The translations under genes and the position numbers were made by a program. From a virus: DNA of 64,000 nt. The first letter of the stretch is position 1, and each line of letters begins with the position of its first letter. Shown piece by piece: positions 50,135 through 60,404 of the stretch. Location: positions 12,722 through 76,721 of the IMG/VR virus record IMGVR_UViG_3300035142_000030; one strand, given 5' to 3'. The notes beneath the pieces were generated by a model. It did no database searches, had not been told where the DNA came from, and was given only the letters and a program-made list of their open reading frames with translations.

Positions 50135-50230
50135 GCGGTAACGGTGGCAATAAGATTAAGCGTAGCGACCCGTAGGGTTAATTTTATTGCGTGTTATACA
50201 CTAGCACGAATTATTACTAAAGATGATTAA

Positions 50231-51211
50231 ATGAACGAAAGTAGCAATAACAGTTTTTTGAGCGTTGGTGGAAAAGCCGAAGGGATAAATGTAGTAAGTA
50301 TGTTTGATGGTGCAAGCTGTGGACAAATAGCTTTAGAAAAAGCAAAAGTAATGGTAAAAAATTATGTTGCTTCTGAAATAAAGCCACATGCTATAGTAAC
50401 ATCTAAATTACATTACCCAAACACTATACATGTTGGAGATGTTAGATACTTGCATGTAGTAAATACGGGTGTTGAAGTTAATATTAATAGAGCACAATAT
50501 AGAACAATAGGAATTGGATTAATTGATTTAATAATCGGTGGTAGCCCCTGCAAAGGGATAAGCAGATTAAACAAAAATCAAGAAGGGTTAAAGCACAAGG
50601 AAAGTATTTTATTTTGGGAGTTTGTGAGGGTTTTAGAACAAGCTAAACTGTGTAACCCAGATGTATATTTTTTACTTGAAAATACGCACGGAAATAAAGA
50701 AGCAACTCAAATAATAACTGAGACATTAGGCGTTAAACCTATTAGCATTAACAGTAAACTTGTTACAGCACAAAATAGACCTAGATACTATTGGACAAAT
50801 ATACCAGGCATTGAGCAACCAAAAGACAAAGGAATAACGACCAACGATGTTTTTAAATACAACGGGGACATAGTAGATGATTGTAGGGTAAAATGGCTTA
50901 ATAACGATAGTGGTAAAAACTCTGTAAAAAAAGGATACACAAGAATAAACCCTTACCCTAAAAGTGGTTGCTTAACTGCCAATGGACATAAAAAATGGAA
51001 CGAGAATTATTTGTATAAAGATGGTGTGTACAGATATTTATCTAAAGAAGAGCTAGAGGTATTGCAAACATTTCCAATTGGATATACAAAACATTTAAGT
51101 TATGATGATGCTTATGATTTAATTGGCGAGGCTTGGACGATTGATATTATAGCACATATATTTTCTTATTTGCCGATAGGCAAAAGAGGGGGAGAAAAAG
51201 ATGTATGTTAA
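50231..51211 (+). CDS. dcm: C5 cytosine DNA methyltransferase
   Basis: SMFDG (motif I), GGSPC (IV), FLLEN (VI), QNRPRYYW (VIII). Confidence 0.9.
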   Translation: MNESSNNSFLSVGGKAEGINVVSMFDGASCGQIALEKAKVMVKNYVASEIKPHAIVTSKLHYPNTIHVGDVRYLHVVNTGVEVNINRAQYRTIGIGLIDLIIGGSPCKGISRLNKNQEGLKHKESILFWEFVRVLEQAKLCNPDVYFLLENTHGNKEATQIITETLGVKPISINSKLVTAQNRPRYYWTNIPGIEQPKDKGITTNDVFKYNGDIVDDCRVKWLNNDSGKNSVKKGYTRINPYPKSGCLTANGHKKWNENYLYKDGVYRYLSKEELEVLQTFPIGYTKHLSYDDAYDLIGEAWTIDIIAHIFSYLPIGKRGGEKDVC

Positions 51212-51320
51212 TAGCAGCGGCTATTAGACCAGATGTTTTTATTGATGCCGGGATTATTTTTGTTGTCATGATTATTGGACTTATTGCAGACGTTTATGAG
51301 TTTTATCAAAAACAAACAAA

Positions 51321-51509
51321 ATGGAAAATATAAAAGATTTAGAACTAGGTAACTTTTTTAGTAATGGTCAGGTATATTTATTTAAATGTCCTGAGTGCAG
51401 AAGAGAGAATTGCGCTATAAATGTATCAACTGGTATTTGCACTTGGTGCGGATTGGATGGTAATAACTATTACAAAGATAAATTTAAGTTCGATAATAGC
51501 AATATATAA
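51321..51509 (+). CDS. Small Zn-ribbon protein
   Basis: CPEC...CTWCG. Confidence 0.6.
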   Translation: MENIKDLELGNFFSNGQVYLFKCPECRRENCAINVSTGICTWCGLDGNNYYKDKFKFDNSNI

Positions 51510-51528
51510 TATTTAGTATCTTTGTTAT

Positions 51529-51909
51529 ATGATTAGATTTAAAGAGATACGGCTATTTCCTACGGAATTTACTTTAGATGTTTATGTGGTTGATGATGCT
51601 TCTATACTTTCTGATATGTTTGAAGAAAGATATGGGGCGGATGAAAGTTTTATTCTTACCCTAAAAACTAATGAGTGTTTATCGTTTGAAACTGATCTAT
51701 ATTCTGATTTAAAAGGAGATAGGGTATTTGTGCTCATATTAGACAATTTAAAACCTTACATTGTCGCTCATGAGCTTGTACATCTTTTATGGCAATTAAG
51801 TGAAACTATAGGCGTAGAAATGAATCCTGACAGCCAGGAATGGCAAGCTTTATTTATAGAACATTTAACCTCTGAAATATTAAAAGATAATTACCACGAG
51901 ATAAACTAA
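51529..51909 (+). CDS. Zincin-like (HExxH) hypothetical protein
   Basis: IVAHELVH ... EWQA. Confidence 0.6.
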   Translation: MIRFKEIRLFPTEFTLDVYVVDDASILSDMFEERYGADESFILTLKTNECLSFETDLYSDLKGDRVFVLILDNLKPYIVAHELVHLLWQLSETIGVEMNPDSQEWQALFIEHLTSEILKDNYHEIN

Positions 51910-52034
51910 TATTATTGATAGAGTAAATCATGTTGTTGTAGAATGTCTTACTTGTAGAACCATTACAACTATAAATGATGAATATATAGTTCAGAATATG
52001 TTATCAGATATATTTAACAATCTTTCTAAAATAA

Positions 52035-52065
52035 TAAAAGCCTAGTATAATTACTAGGCTTTATT
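52035..52065. terminator. Bidirectional terminator at convergence
   Basis: AAAGCCTAGTA-TAAT-TACTAGGCTTT. Confidence 0.7.
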
Positions 52066-52068
52066 TGT

Positions 52069-52311
52069 TTAGATTTCTTTCATTTCTTCCACTATCTCCT
52101 TCTTGCGTTTTTCTTGCTCTATAATAGCATTCTCGCAGTGTTTAATGTAAGTGTTTATGGATTCTAACTCTCCAGTCAACCTTTTCTTTTTATAATCTTT
52201 GCGTTCTACTGCTTTCCCATTAATAATGTCATACTTATCGGTATCTACAATGTTGTAGTTAAACCTGACAGATGTGCTCCACCAGTTCTCCCAAAAATCT
52301 CTCTCGTACAT
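52069..52311 (-). CDS. Hypothetical protein
   Basis: 80 aa ORF. Confidence 0.55.
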   Translation of the reverse strand: MYERDFWENWWSTSVRFNYNIVDTDKYDIINGKAVERKDYKKKRLTGELESINTYIKHCENAIIEQEKRKKEIVEEMKEI

Positions 52312-52419
52312 ATTGTTTAATTTAATTGTTTAACTTCACTAATCATCTTACAAACTATGTTCCAAAATGGAACACATTCATTCTGTCAGTTAAAAACTAT
52401 TAACTATTATGACAAATCG

Positions 52420-52605
52420 TCACAAAGACTTTTCTATCTTATCTAATTTATTATATATTAATGCTCCAATCACAATAATAGACCACACAATGATAAATCT
52501 ATCATGTTTTTCTGGGGCTAAATTAAATACATAATTAATTATTACTGTTATCGTCCACACAAAACTACATGCTGATAATAAGTTCTTAACATTAAACCGT
52601 TTCAT
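52420..52605 (-). CDS. Small two-TM membrane protein
   Basis: Two hydrophobic segments. Confidence 0.5.
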   Translation of the reverse strand: MKRFNVKNLLSACSFVWTITVIINYVFNLAPEKHDRFIIVWSIIVIGALIYNKLDKIEKSL

Positions 52606-52916
52606 TATTCCTCCTCCACTTTAAGTTCTTTGCTAAATACTTCTTTGTAGCATTCTTTGATGTCTGCTTTAGCTTCTTCAGCAGCTTTCTCTGTACGATA
52701 GTATCGAATGATGTCATCAATATGATCTGCATATTTGCCTACCCGCTTCTCTAGTAATTCGTTCTTTTCTTGACGTGCTTTGTCGCCTTGTTCAGCAGCC
52801 TCATCATAAGCAGCTTTAAACGCTCTCACATCACGTCTTTTAGCTAAAGGTTTATTTAATCCCTTTAAAGCTTCTTTACCTTTTTCATATAAGGTGTCGT
52901 ATAAACTCTTTTCCAT
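52605..52916 (-). CDS. Helical hypothetical protein
   Basis: 103 aa ORF. Confidence 0.6.
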   Translation of the reverse strand: MEKSLYDTLYEKGKEALKGLNKPLAKRRDVRAFKAAYDEAAEQGDKARQEKNELLEKRVGKYADHIDDIIRYYRTEKAAEEAKADIKECYKEVFSKELKVEEE

Positions 52917-52918
52917 AA

Positions 52919-53884
52919 TTAAATTATTGGTTTGTTAATATTTATTTTAATGCGTTTTTGTTTTGATATCTTTATTTCGGGTTTTTGTAATATATTAAAA
53001 CAACACTCATTTGGAGTCATTGGAAAACATTTTCGATACATGTCTAATTCTACTTGAAGCATTGTTTTTCCATTGGAATATCTCTCAAGTAATTTATTTT
53101 TCATCCACTCATCTACGCATTCGTCCGATCCTTCAGCCCAGAAAATATTATATTTCTTAAGTCTCTCAATAACATCTTTAGCATTTTCTCCTTTTTGTGG
53201 AAAAATATCTATCTTCTTCTCAGGTTTATTCTCATGCCATTTAATAACACCGTCTTCCTCTAATTTAGTTGCTGTATGTCCATACATTACAGGACTCCAT
53301 TTTTTACTAGAATTAATTAGAGCCATATTTAAATTATTGGATGAAAAATTTCTAGGGATCAATACAAACACATCTCCTTTTTCAAATCTATTACCATTAC
53401 TAATACAAGTTTCTAATATCTCCACATAAGTACCTACACTCCATTTAGGTTTGCTAACAATGCTATTACCAGTACTATTTAAGGAATTTTCTTGAAATTC
53501 ATATATTAACTTATATTTATCATTTATAATATAACACCCATAAAGATTTTCCATTAATAATTGCTCTTTTACTGAATCAATTACAAATTCATAAGCTTTA
53601 CCATCAATGTGTTTTGCTAATACGATTTCTCCTTTCTTAAATTTAGGTCTGTTTTTTGGATATTTAAGATATTTATTAGCATCTTCAATAGATATACATG
53701 CAGTCCATTTGATACATCCAATTCCTTTTATATCAACAAGCCCGTTCTTTTTGTCTATATTTTCTACAATACACCTATAGGTATTAATCTTCTTATCATA
53801 AAAAAATGGTTCTTGTTTTATATAATCATAAGCATCTAATTCCTGTCCTTTTAAGAAAAAGGGAGCTTTAGGTTTTTTGTTCAT
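52919..53884 (-). CDS. Hypothetical multi-domain protein (SH3/KOW-like repeats)
   Basis: PKFKKGEIV, PKWSVGTYV, RFEKGDVF repeats. Confidence 0.55.
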   Translation of the reverse strand: MNKKPKAPFFLKGQELDAYDYIKQEPFFYDKKINTYRCIVENIDKKNGLVDIKGIGCIKWTACISIEDANKYLKYPKNRPKFKKGEIVLAKHIDGKAYEFVIDSVKEQLLMENLYGCYIINDKYKLIYEFQENSLNSTGNSIVSKPKWSVGTYVEILETCISNGNRFEKGDVFVLIPRNFSSNNLNMALINSSKKWSPVMYGHTATKLEEDGVIKWHENKPEKKIDIFPQKGENAKDVIERLKKYNIFWAEGSDECVDEWMKNKLLERYSNGKTMLQVELDMYRKCFPMTPNECCFNILQKPEIKISKQKRIKININKPII

Positions 53885-54275
53885 ATATCTCTAATTTTTC
53901 TACAAATATAACTTTAATATTTTAGAATAACAAATATTTTTACAAAAAAAAACGTATTATAATGTGTTTTTATTGTCAAATTAACTTATTAAAGAGTAAA
54001 TAAACACTAAAAGCACAATATAATGTGGTTTTGGTATCCATTAAAATATAATCTCTTACTCAGGGTTACTGGTTTTCCAATTATTATGTAATATCTATTA
54101 TTAACCCTTTTTTTAATATTACTCTACACCTGTAGAAGTGGACTAACAGCTCTCCTTATTTCTAGTGGGTTTTGTAAGAGATTATATATTTTATTATAAA
54201 AATCCCAACTTCGGCTAAGAAGAAGGGATGAAAAACTAACTAAACGCTGATGATACAAATATACGAATTATTCTT

Positions 54276-54866
54276 TCATACGTTTTGGGCACTAATGAAC
54301 TCTTTTAGTTGTTTAATGCTTGTCGGTTCTTTCCCATTTTTCTTAATATAATTACTAACCCATTGTTCTGTTTTTACTATAGTATCCTGATTTAATTTGT
54401 TATATTTATTTTTATGTTTAGAAATAAATTTGGATGTTTTTAGAGAAACATTTAATTCTCCTTTCCATCCTAACAAGTTTCTAAGTATTATATTCTCTTC
54501 TATAAGCCTGTTAGATGCAATATTTTCTTCATAACCATGTATTTCATTCAACAAGAATTTAAAAGTAGCTAACAGCTTAAAATATGCCTTATTTAATGAA
54601 TTTTTATATGATTTTATTACAGATTCCTTGCTACTTTGTTTTTTCTTTAAAAACGCAGCTTCTTCGTCAAAAAATTTTAATACTCTCTTAAATTCTTTTA
54701 TTTCTTTAGAGTCATAAATTTCTTTAACCCAATTTTCATACTCTGCAAGATTACATATTATATCTCTGTTTTTTATTAATACAGCAAAATCATTCTTGTT
54801 TGTTAAGGCTTTATTTAGCCTATTAGCATCTACTAAAATTTGTAATAACGTATCTTTATCCTCCAT
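54276..54866 (-). CDS. Hypothetical protein
   Basis: 196 aa ORF. Confidence 0.55.
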   Translation of the reverse strand: MEDKDTLLQILVDANRLNKALTNKNDFAVLIKNRDIICNLAEYENWVKEIYDSKEIKEFKRVLKFFDEEAAFLKKKQSSKESVIKSYKNSLNKAYFKLLATFKFLLNEIHGYEENIASNRLIEENIILRNLLGWKGELNVSLKTSKFISKHKNKYNKLNQDTIVKTEQWVSNYIKKNGKEPTSIKQLKEFISAQNV

Positions 54867-55183
54867 TAAAAAGCATTCATTATAAATTCAGAACATCCGT
54901 TTTTTACATATTCTGTATCTACATCAAACCCATCGAATAATTCTTTCATAGATACAGTCCACACTTTACTATTATCGTCAGTGAGTTTTATAGCAAACCT
55001 TTTCGTTCGTCCATTACTTGATGGTTTCATAATATAGTTTGTTTCTTCGTTTTTTACCCTAAAATAATTACTCTTTTTATAACGAGTAAATCTTGCTCTT
55101 CCAATAGGTATCCAATACTCATTAGTAAATGAAAAATCTGGATTAAAATATTCTGAATGTTCGTAAATGTCTGTCGCAGTCAT
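54866..55183 (-). CDS. NUMOD4-like protein
   Basis: EYWIPI...YKKSNYFRVKN; likely start MTATDI. Confidence 0.45.
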   Translation of the reverse strand: MTATDIYEHSEYFNPDFSFTNEYWIPIGRARFTRYKKSNYFRVKNEETNYIMKPSSNGRTKRFAIKLTDDNSKVWTVSMKELFDGFDVDTEYVKNGCSEFIMNAF

Positions 55184-55305
55184 ATTTAATAATTTGTATG
55201 TTTGCACAAAAATAATAATATTTTTTAACAATAACAAACTATTTTGCATAAAAGTTTTGTATAGTTATTTAGATTATTTATCTTAGTGTTATAATTCAAT
55301 TATTT

Positions 55306-55638
55306 ATGGAAAGACAAAGTTTAAATGATGCGAAAAAGTTAAAGCAGGTAAAGAAACATCTGTTTGACAATCGCAAGACTTTAACAGAGGATCAATTTTC
55401 TGATCTTATTCAAAGTCTTGCTCAAGAAGTATATGCTTATGCGTATAACGAAGGGTGGAAAGCACGTAATCAAATTACTAGGTCTTGTTCTACTGCACGT
55501 AGAATAAGAATGAGACAAGACTACAGTAATTTCCATGCAGAACAAGTAGCTGCTATTCGGGATATTGATGGCACAAAACCTCTTAACCTAAATCAATTAG
55601 AAATAATTTGGGATAAATTAATTAGAGATTGGATGTGA
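55306..55638 (+). CDS. Hypothetical protein
   Basis: 110 aa ORF. Confidence 0.55.
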   Translation: MERQSLNDAKKLKQVKKHLFDNRKTLTEDQFSDLIQSLAQEVYAYAYNEGWKARNQITRSCSTARRIRMRQDYSNFHAEQVAAIRDIDGTKPLNLNQLEIIWDKLIRDWM

Positions 55639-55667
55639 TCTCGGTAGTATTAACAAATAAAAAGTAT

Positions 55668-56396
55668 ATGAAGGAATATGCACCAAGAATACGCTTAAAT
55701 CAAGAAGAATATGATTTAATAATAAAGCGTAGAAAAGCTAATAAAGAAAACCGAAATTTAATAGTAGGTGATTTACATGCTCCGTTTATTTTAGAAGGAT
55801 ACTTAGATTTTTCAATAGAAATGTATGATAAGCACAACTGCAATAACGTTATTTTTATAGGAGACTTAATAGACAACCATTTCTCATCATATCACGAAAC
55901 AGATGCAGACGGTATGGGAGCAGGAGAAGAATTGAGCAAAGCTAAAGAAATGATACAAGTATGGCACGACACTTTTCCTAACTCAAAAGTATGCTTAGGT
56001 AATCACGATTTGATAGTTGCCCGCAAAGCGCAAACATCAGGATTATCTCAACAATGGATTAGAACCTTATCCGAAGTTTTAGAAACTCCAACATGGGAAT
56101 ATGATGAAGAGTTTTATATAGATGATGTAATGTATTGTCATGGCACTGCTAAAAAAGCTAAAGCAAGGGCTAAAAACGAACTCATTAGCGTAGTGCAAGG
56201 TCATTATCATTCAGAATCTTATGTAGAACATTTAGTGGGTAAATATAGACACATATGGGCGCTTCAAGTAGGATGTGGAATTGATAAAGATTCTTATGCA
56301 ATGTCTTATGGAAAACATTTTCCTAAGCCTCACATTAACGTAGGTATCGTTTTAGAGAACGGAACATTACCATTTTTAGAATACATGAAATTATAA
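55668..56396 (+). CDS. Calcineurin-like metallophosphoesterase
   Basis: GDLH, GDLID, GNHD, HG, GHYH motifs. Confidence 0.9.
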   Translation: MKEYAPRIRLNQEEYDLIIKRRKANKENRNLIVGDLHAPFILEGYLDFSIEMYDKHNCNNVIFIGDLIDNHFSSYHETDADGMGAGEELSKAKEMIQVWHDTFPNSKVCLGNHDLIVARKAQTSGLSQQWIRTLSEVLETPTWEYDEEFYIDDVMYCHGTAKKAKARAKNELISVVQGHYHSESYVEHLVGKYRHIWALQVGCGIDKDSYAMSYGKHFPKPHINVGIVLENGTLPFLEYMKL

Positions 56397-56400
56397 TAAT

Positions 56401-56670
56401 ATGAAAATAAATTATAAACCATTAAAGGATAAAGTAATTGTATTACCAGTAAAAGCAAAAGAGAAAACTACAAGCGGATTATATATTCCAGAAACGGCAC
56501 AAGAAAAACCTCAGAAAGGACATGTTATTGCCGTATCTGATGTATCAGAACTTAAAGTAAATAGTTTGGTTGTATATGGAAAATATGCAGGAACAGAATT
56601 AGAAATAGATAAAGTAAAGTATTTACTATTAAAAGAAGATGATATTTTATTAACACAAGAAGATGAGTAA
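56401..56670 (+). CDS. groES: Co-chaperonin GroES
   Basis: KPLKDKVIV..EKTTSGLYIPETAQEKPQKG..YGKYAGTE..LLKEDDIL. Confidence 0.9.
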   Translation: MKINYKPLKDKVIVLPVKAKEKTTSGLYIPETAQEKPQKGHVIAVSDVSELKVNSLVVYGKYAGTELEIDKVKYLLLKEDDILLTQEDE

Positions 56671-57479
56671 ATACACAATAGCAGTTCCATTAGGTAAAGG
56701 AACAACATGGGAAAATAACGAACTTCGATATATGTTAAGAAGTTTAGACAAATATCTACAATTTGATTTTGATGTTGTTGTATTCTGTTCCCAAAAAGTT
56801 GATTGGTTAAATTGTAAACAAGTAATAGTCTCAAGAACATATCCTAAAGAATCATTAGATTATTTTCAAGGGATACGTCATTACGAAAACTACTACGATG
56901 TATTTCATAAGTTACAAGTAGCAATACAAGATGAGGACGTAACCGAAGAGTTCTTTTTTTGTTTATGATGATGTCTTGCTATTACACGATGTATGTATAG
57001 CAGATATGAAGATGATTGTTGCAGGAAATCACTACACCAACAAACCAGAGTTCTTTGATAAACCTAAAAACAAATGGACACAAACCATACACGCATCAAT
57101 GGAAATATGTAAGTCTTATGGATATTCACTATATTCTTATGAAACTCATCTTCCAAGATATTATACTAAATCTAAGTTAACAGCTATGTTTGATAAGCAT
57201 AAGTTTGGAAATAATCATATTCCATATGCTATATCGTCTGTTTATTATAATATGTTTTATAAAGAACCTGATGTTTGTTATATGCCTAAAAACAATATTA
57301 AAGCAGGTTTTTATGGAGGCTTAATAGGTAATGATGGATTTAACTCAAACAGGAATAAAGATATTAAATATGCCGTCAAAGATAAAATGTGGATCAATTA
57401 TAATAACAGAGGACTAACAGGACATTTAAAGCTATGGATAGAAAGTAAATATACACAAAAATCAAAATGGGAAAAGTAA
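56663..57479 (+). CDS. Stealth-like sugar-phosphate transferase, split by a frameshift in a T7 run
   Basis: ELRYMLRSL motif; removing one T at 56954-56960 gives EEFFFVYDDV and joins the two track ORFs. Confidence 0.6.
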
Positions 57480-59266
57480 AAGTAACATCATACGCCAACA
57501 AGCCGAGTTTAAATTGCAAGTTTTCAATTGTAATCCCTACACTTTGGAAAAGCGATAAGCTATTTGCAATGTTAGATATTTATGAGCAATCGAAATACGT
57601 TTCTGAAGTAATTATTATTGATAACGATCCAATGAAACGTCCAAAAATATCTCACTCTAAAGTAAAAATACACACTAGAGGACAAAATATATTTGTAAAT
57701 CCAGCATGGAATTGGGGCGTAGCTTTATCTAAAAACGAAGATATTATAATAGCTAATGATGATGTTATTGTTAGAAAACTTGATTTATTGTTGCCCAAAT
57801 TGCATTTAAATAAATATCATTTAGTAGGTGTAGATTACGAAAACACAAGAACAGATTCTAAAATAAAAATAACAGAAGCTGATAAGTTAACATATGGATA
57901 TGGGTGTTTTATGTATGTCAGGAAATCTCATTACATCCAGTTGCCTTATAACCTTAAGATATGGAGAGGAGATTTTTTACTAAGAAAACATATTTTAAGC
58001 GGAAAATTTTCTGGAATCTATGTAGAAACGGAAATGAGCACAACCGTTAATGAATTTAAAAATAAAGCATATAAGGATACTTTATTATACAGAAAATGGA
58101 AAAATACACCAAAAGACCTTAGTGTTATTATTATTACGTATAATAGGCTAAAGTACACTAAAAAATGCATAGATACACTAACTAAATATACTCATTGTAA
58201 TTATTTCATTACAATAATAGATAATGGTTCTACTGATGGCACTGTGGAATATTTAAAATCTTTACCTATAGATAATATTATGATTATTCTTAGTGAAGAA
58301 AATTTAATGCCTAGAAGAAGCAATCAAATAGGACTGAAACTTTCATTTCCCTCAAAACATTATTTATTGTGTGATAATGATGGAGAATTTACTAAAGGGT
58401 GGTATGAAAAAGCTACTAATATAATGTCGGGATCGGATATAGCTTGCTTACGTAAATCAAGGTGGTTGCCTACTCATAAATTTACGACAATTACATCTAT
58501 TAATGGTATTAAATGTCATCCGACAAGATATATTGGATCATTTTCTATAATGAACCACGAAACGAGAGGATTGTTAATAGATAATTTACGTGGATTATGG
58601 ATAGGTAAACAAATAGGAGAAATAGCAATATCAAATCATAAGACTTGCATTCAAGTTGCAGATGGATATATATTAGATCAATCAGACAACGATATGGATA
58701 ATCCTGAATACAGAGAGCAATATATTGAGTTATGGAAGAAAAAAAATAGACTTAATTCTTTTAACAGAAGGATTGAGATATTAAAAATAGAGCAAAACGC
58801 AGGAGATGTAATAGAGTTAAAACAACATTATAACAACACTGCTAAAATACATATCAACAAAGAAAAAGGTATTGTTATTAAAGAGATTATTTCTAATGAA
58901 TATAAAGAACTTATAATAAGAGAAAAATATTGGTTAGGTATATTAAGCGATACTGGATTTGTTCCACAATTATTAGACCACATAAATAATAAATTAGTAT
59001 TGGAATATTGTGGAGAAGTTCTTACAGAGGACAATGCTCCCAGAGATTTATATGAGCAATTATATAACATAAACATAGAACTATTAAAACATCACTGTTA
59101 TTATAACGATTGGAAGAAAGGTAATGTATTAGTGAGAGAAGATAAAATATATTTAATAGATTTTGGATGGTGTCCTAAAATCATTGAAGATTATACGTGT
59201 GGAGCTGTAATTAATACCAATAGAATAAAGAAAAAAAGCGGAAATTATTTTACTAAAATTTTATAA
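57467..59266 (+). CDS. Double GT2 glycosyltransferase fused to a kinase-like domain
   Basis: SIVIPT..IIIDN..IANDD; SVIIITYNR..IIDNGSTDGT..CDND; C-terminal YNDWKKGNVL..LIDFG. Confidence 0.8.
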   Translation: MGKVKVTSYANKPSLNCKFSIVIPTLWKSDKLFAMLDIYEQSKYVSEVIIIDNDPMKRPKISHSKVKIHTRGQNIFVNPAWNWGVALSKNEDIIIANDDVIVRKLDLLLPKLHLNKYHLVGVDYENTRTDSKIKITEADKLTYGYGCFMYVRKSHYIQLPYNLKIWRGDFLLRKHILSGKFSGIYVETEMSTTVNEFKNKAYKDTLLYRKWKNTPKDLSVIIITYNRLKYTKKCIDTLTKYTHCNYFITIIDNGSTDGTVEYLKSLPIDNIMIILSEENLMPRRSNQIGLKLSFPSKHYLLCDNDGEFTKGWYEKATNIMSGSDIACLRKSRWLPTHKFTTITSINGIKCHPTRYIGSFSIMNHETRGLLIDNLRGLWIGKQIGEIAISNHKTCIQVADGYILDQSDNDMDNPEYREQYIELWKKKNRLNSFNRRIEILKIEQNAGDVIELKQHYNNTAKIHINKEKGIVIKEIISNEYKELIIREKYWLGILSDTGFVPQLLDHINNKLVLEYCGEVLTEDNAPRDLYEQLYNINIELLKHHCYYNDWKKGNVLVREDKIYLIDFGWCPKIIEDYTCGAVINTNRIKKKSGNYFTKIL

Positions 59267-59268
59267 AA

Positions 59269-59769
59269 ATGTATATTACTAAAAAGAAATTCGAAGAGAA
59301 AGCTCAATCAATTGGAGGAAAACACTGGGCTACTTATGAAGACCGATGGGAATACTATCAAAAAACTATTAAACTAATTAAAGAACTAAAATTAAAACCA
59401 GAAGAAATATTAGAAATAGGAAGTGTTGGAATTAAGCTGATTGATGGTTCTGATGAATTGGATTACGATGCAAAACCTGTATGGCAAACATTTAATCCTA
59501 CATATTATCATGATTTAAAATCTTTCCCTTATCCTATAAAAGATAAACAATATAAATTGGTTGTTGCTCTTAGAGTATTTCATCATTTACATGGATTGCA
59601 ACATAAATGTTTTAAAGAAATATTTAGAATAACAGACAATTTTATTATGGCTATACCTTATTCAAAATATAATATAAAAGATGTTATTGAATGGGCTGGA
59701 AGTGATCCTGATCAAATATCACCATGTGTTGACACATCTACTCATATCTATTTTTGGAAAAACATATGA
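59269..59769 (+). CDS. Class I SAM-dependent methyltransferase-like protein
   Basis: ILEIGS; HDL..FPYPIKDKQYKLVVALRVFHHL. Confidence 0.65.
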   Translation: MYITKKKFEEKAQSIGGKHWATYEDRWEYYQKTIKLIKELKLKPEEILEIGSVGIKLIDGSDELDYDAKPVWQTFNPTYYHDLKSFPYPIKDKQYKLVVALRVFHHLHGLQHKCFKEIFRITDNFIMAIPYSKYNIKDVIEWAGSDPDQISPCVDTSTHIYFWKNI

Positions 59770-60215
59770 CAAATATAAGGAAAGCAAAGCAATCAGATAA
59801 AAGATGGTTCTTAAAAACCTATAATCCTAAAGAAAACAGGTATTGGTTAGAAGATAATCAAATCCTTAGAAAAGAATGGTATAAATCATTAATTACCAGA
59901 GTATCTTCTTTATGGTTTATAATCTATAATGAAGAAGGAGAAAGAGTAGGATTATTCAATACATTTTTTAAAGGAAATAAATATCTTTTTGGGATTATCA
60001 TATCTAAACAACACAGAAGAAAAGGATATGCTAGAGATACTATAAAAGATTTCCTTAAAATAACTGATAAGAATAAAATGGATGTATACTTAGAATGTTT
60101 CTCTGATAATCCTGCTATGAAGCTATATAAAAAATTAGGTTTTCAACAAACAAACACATTTAAAACAGTTAGAGGACGAAAGTTTGTTGAAATGAAACGA
60201 AAATCGTGTGAATAA
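59766..60215 (+). CDS. GNAT acetyltransferase
   Basis: HRRKGYA, NPAMKLYKKLGF. Confidence 0.85.
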   Translation: MTNIRKAKQSDKRWFLKTYNPKENRYWLEDNQILRKEWYKSLITRVSSLWFIIYNEEGERVGLFNTFFKGNKYLFGIIISKQHRRKGYARDTIKDFLKITDKNKMDVYLECFSDNPAMKLYKKLGFQQTNTFKTVRGRKFVEMKRKSCE

Positions 60216-60254
60216 CTATTTATTTATACCCAAAACGGATAAAGAAATTTTTAT

Positions 60255-60365
60255 TATATTTGTGGCATGATTAAGTATCTCGTAAATTATATTGTTTTTA
60301 TTTTGCCGAAAGGCTAATTATATAACCAGGTGGAACTACGAGATACTTTATCCATCTGGTTTTTC
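60255..60365 (+). promoter_or_regulatory. Promoter plus leader ORF and terminator/antiterminator
   Basis: TATATTTG; leader 60267-60317; stem AACCAGGTGGA/TCCATCTGGTT plus T-run; 12-bp IR 60273-60284/60337-60348. Confidence 0.5.
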
Positions 60366-60404
60366 CTATGTATATGGACGAGATATCCAAACCACCAGCA
60401 TATG

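Larger units (their letters stand above)
48109..50199 (+). mobile_element. Array 3: attC-like sites with cassettes
   Basis: Sites ~48109-48458, 48620-48902, 49106-49437, 49510- (partner arm not found), 50136-50199; boundary IRs 48452/48613, 48896/49104, 49431/49504. Confidence 0.75.

Noticed and set aside
32881-50199. Cognate integrase, transposase or reverse transcriptase for the cassettes
   Set aside because: No ORF in the window shows tyrosine-recombinase, DDE, HUH or RT motifs by eye; the enzyme must be elsewhere or host-encoded.
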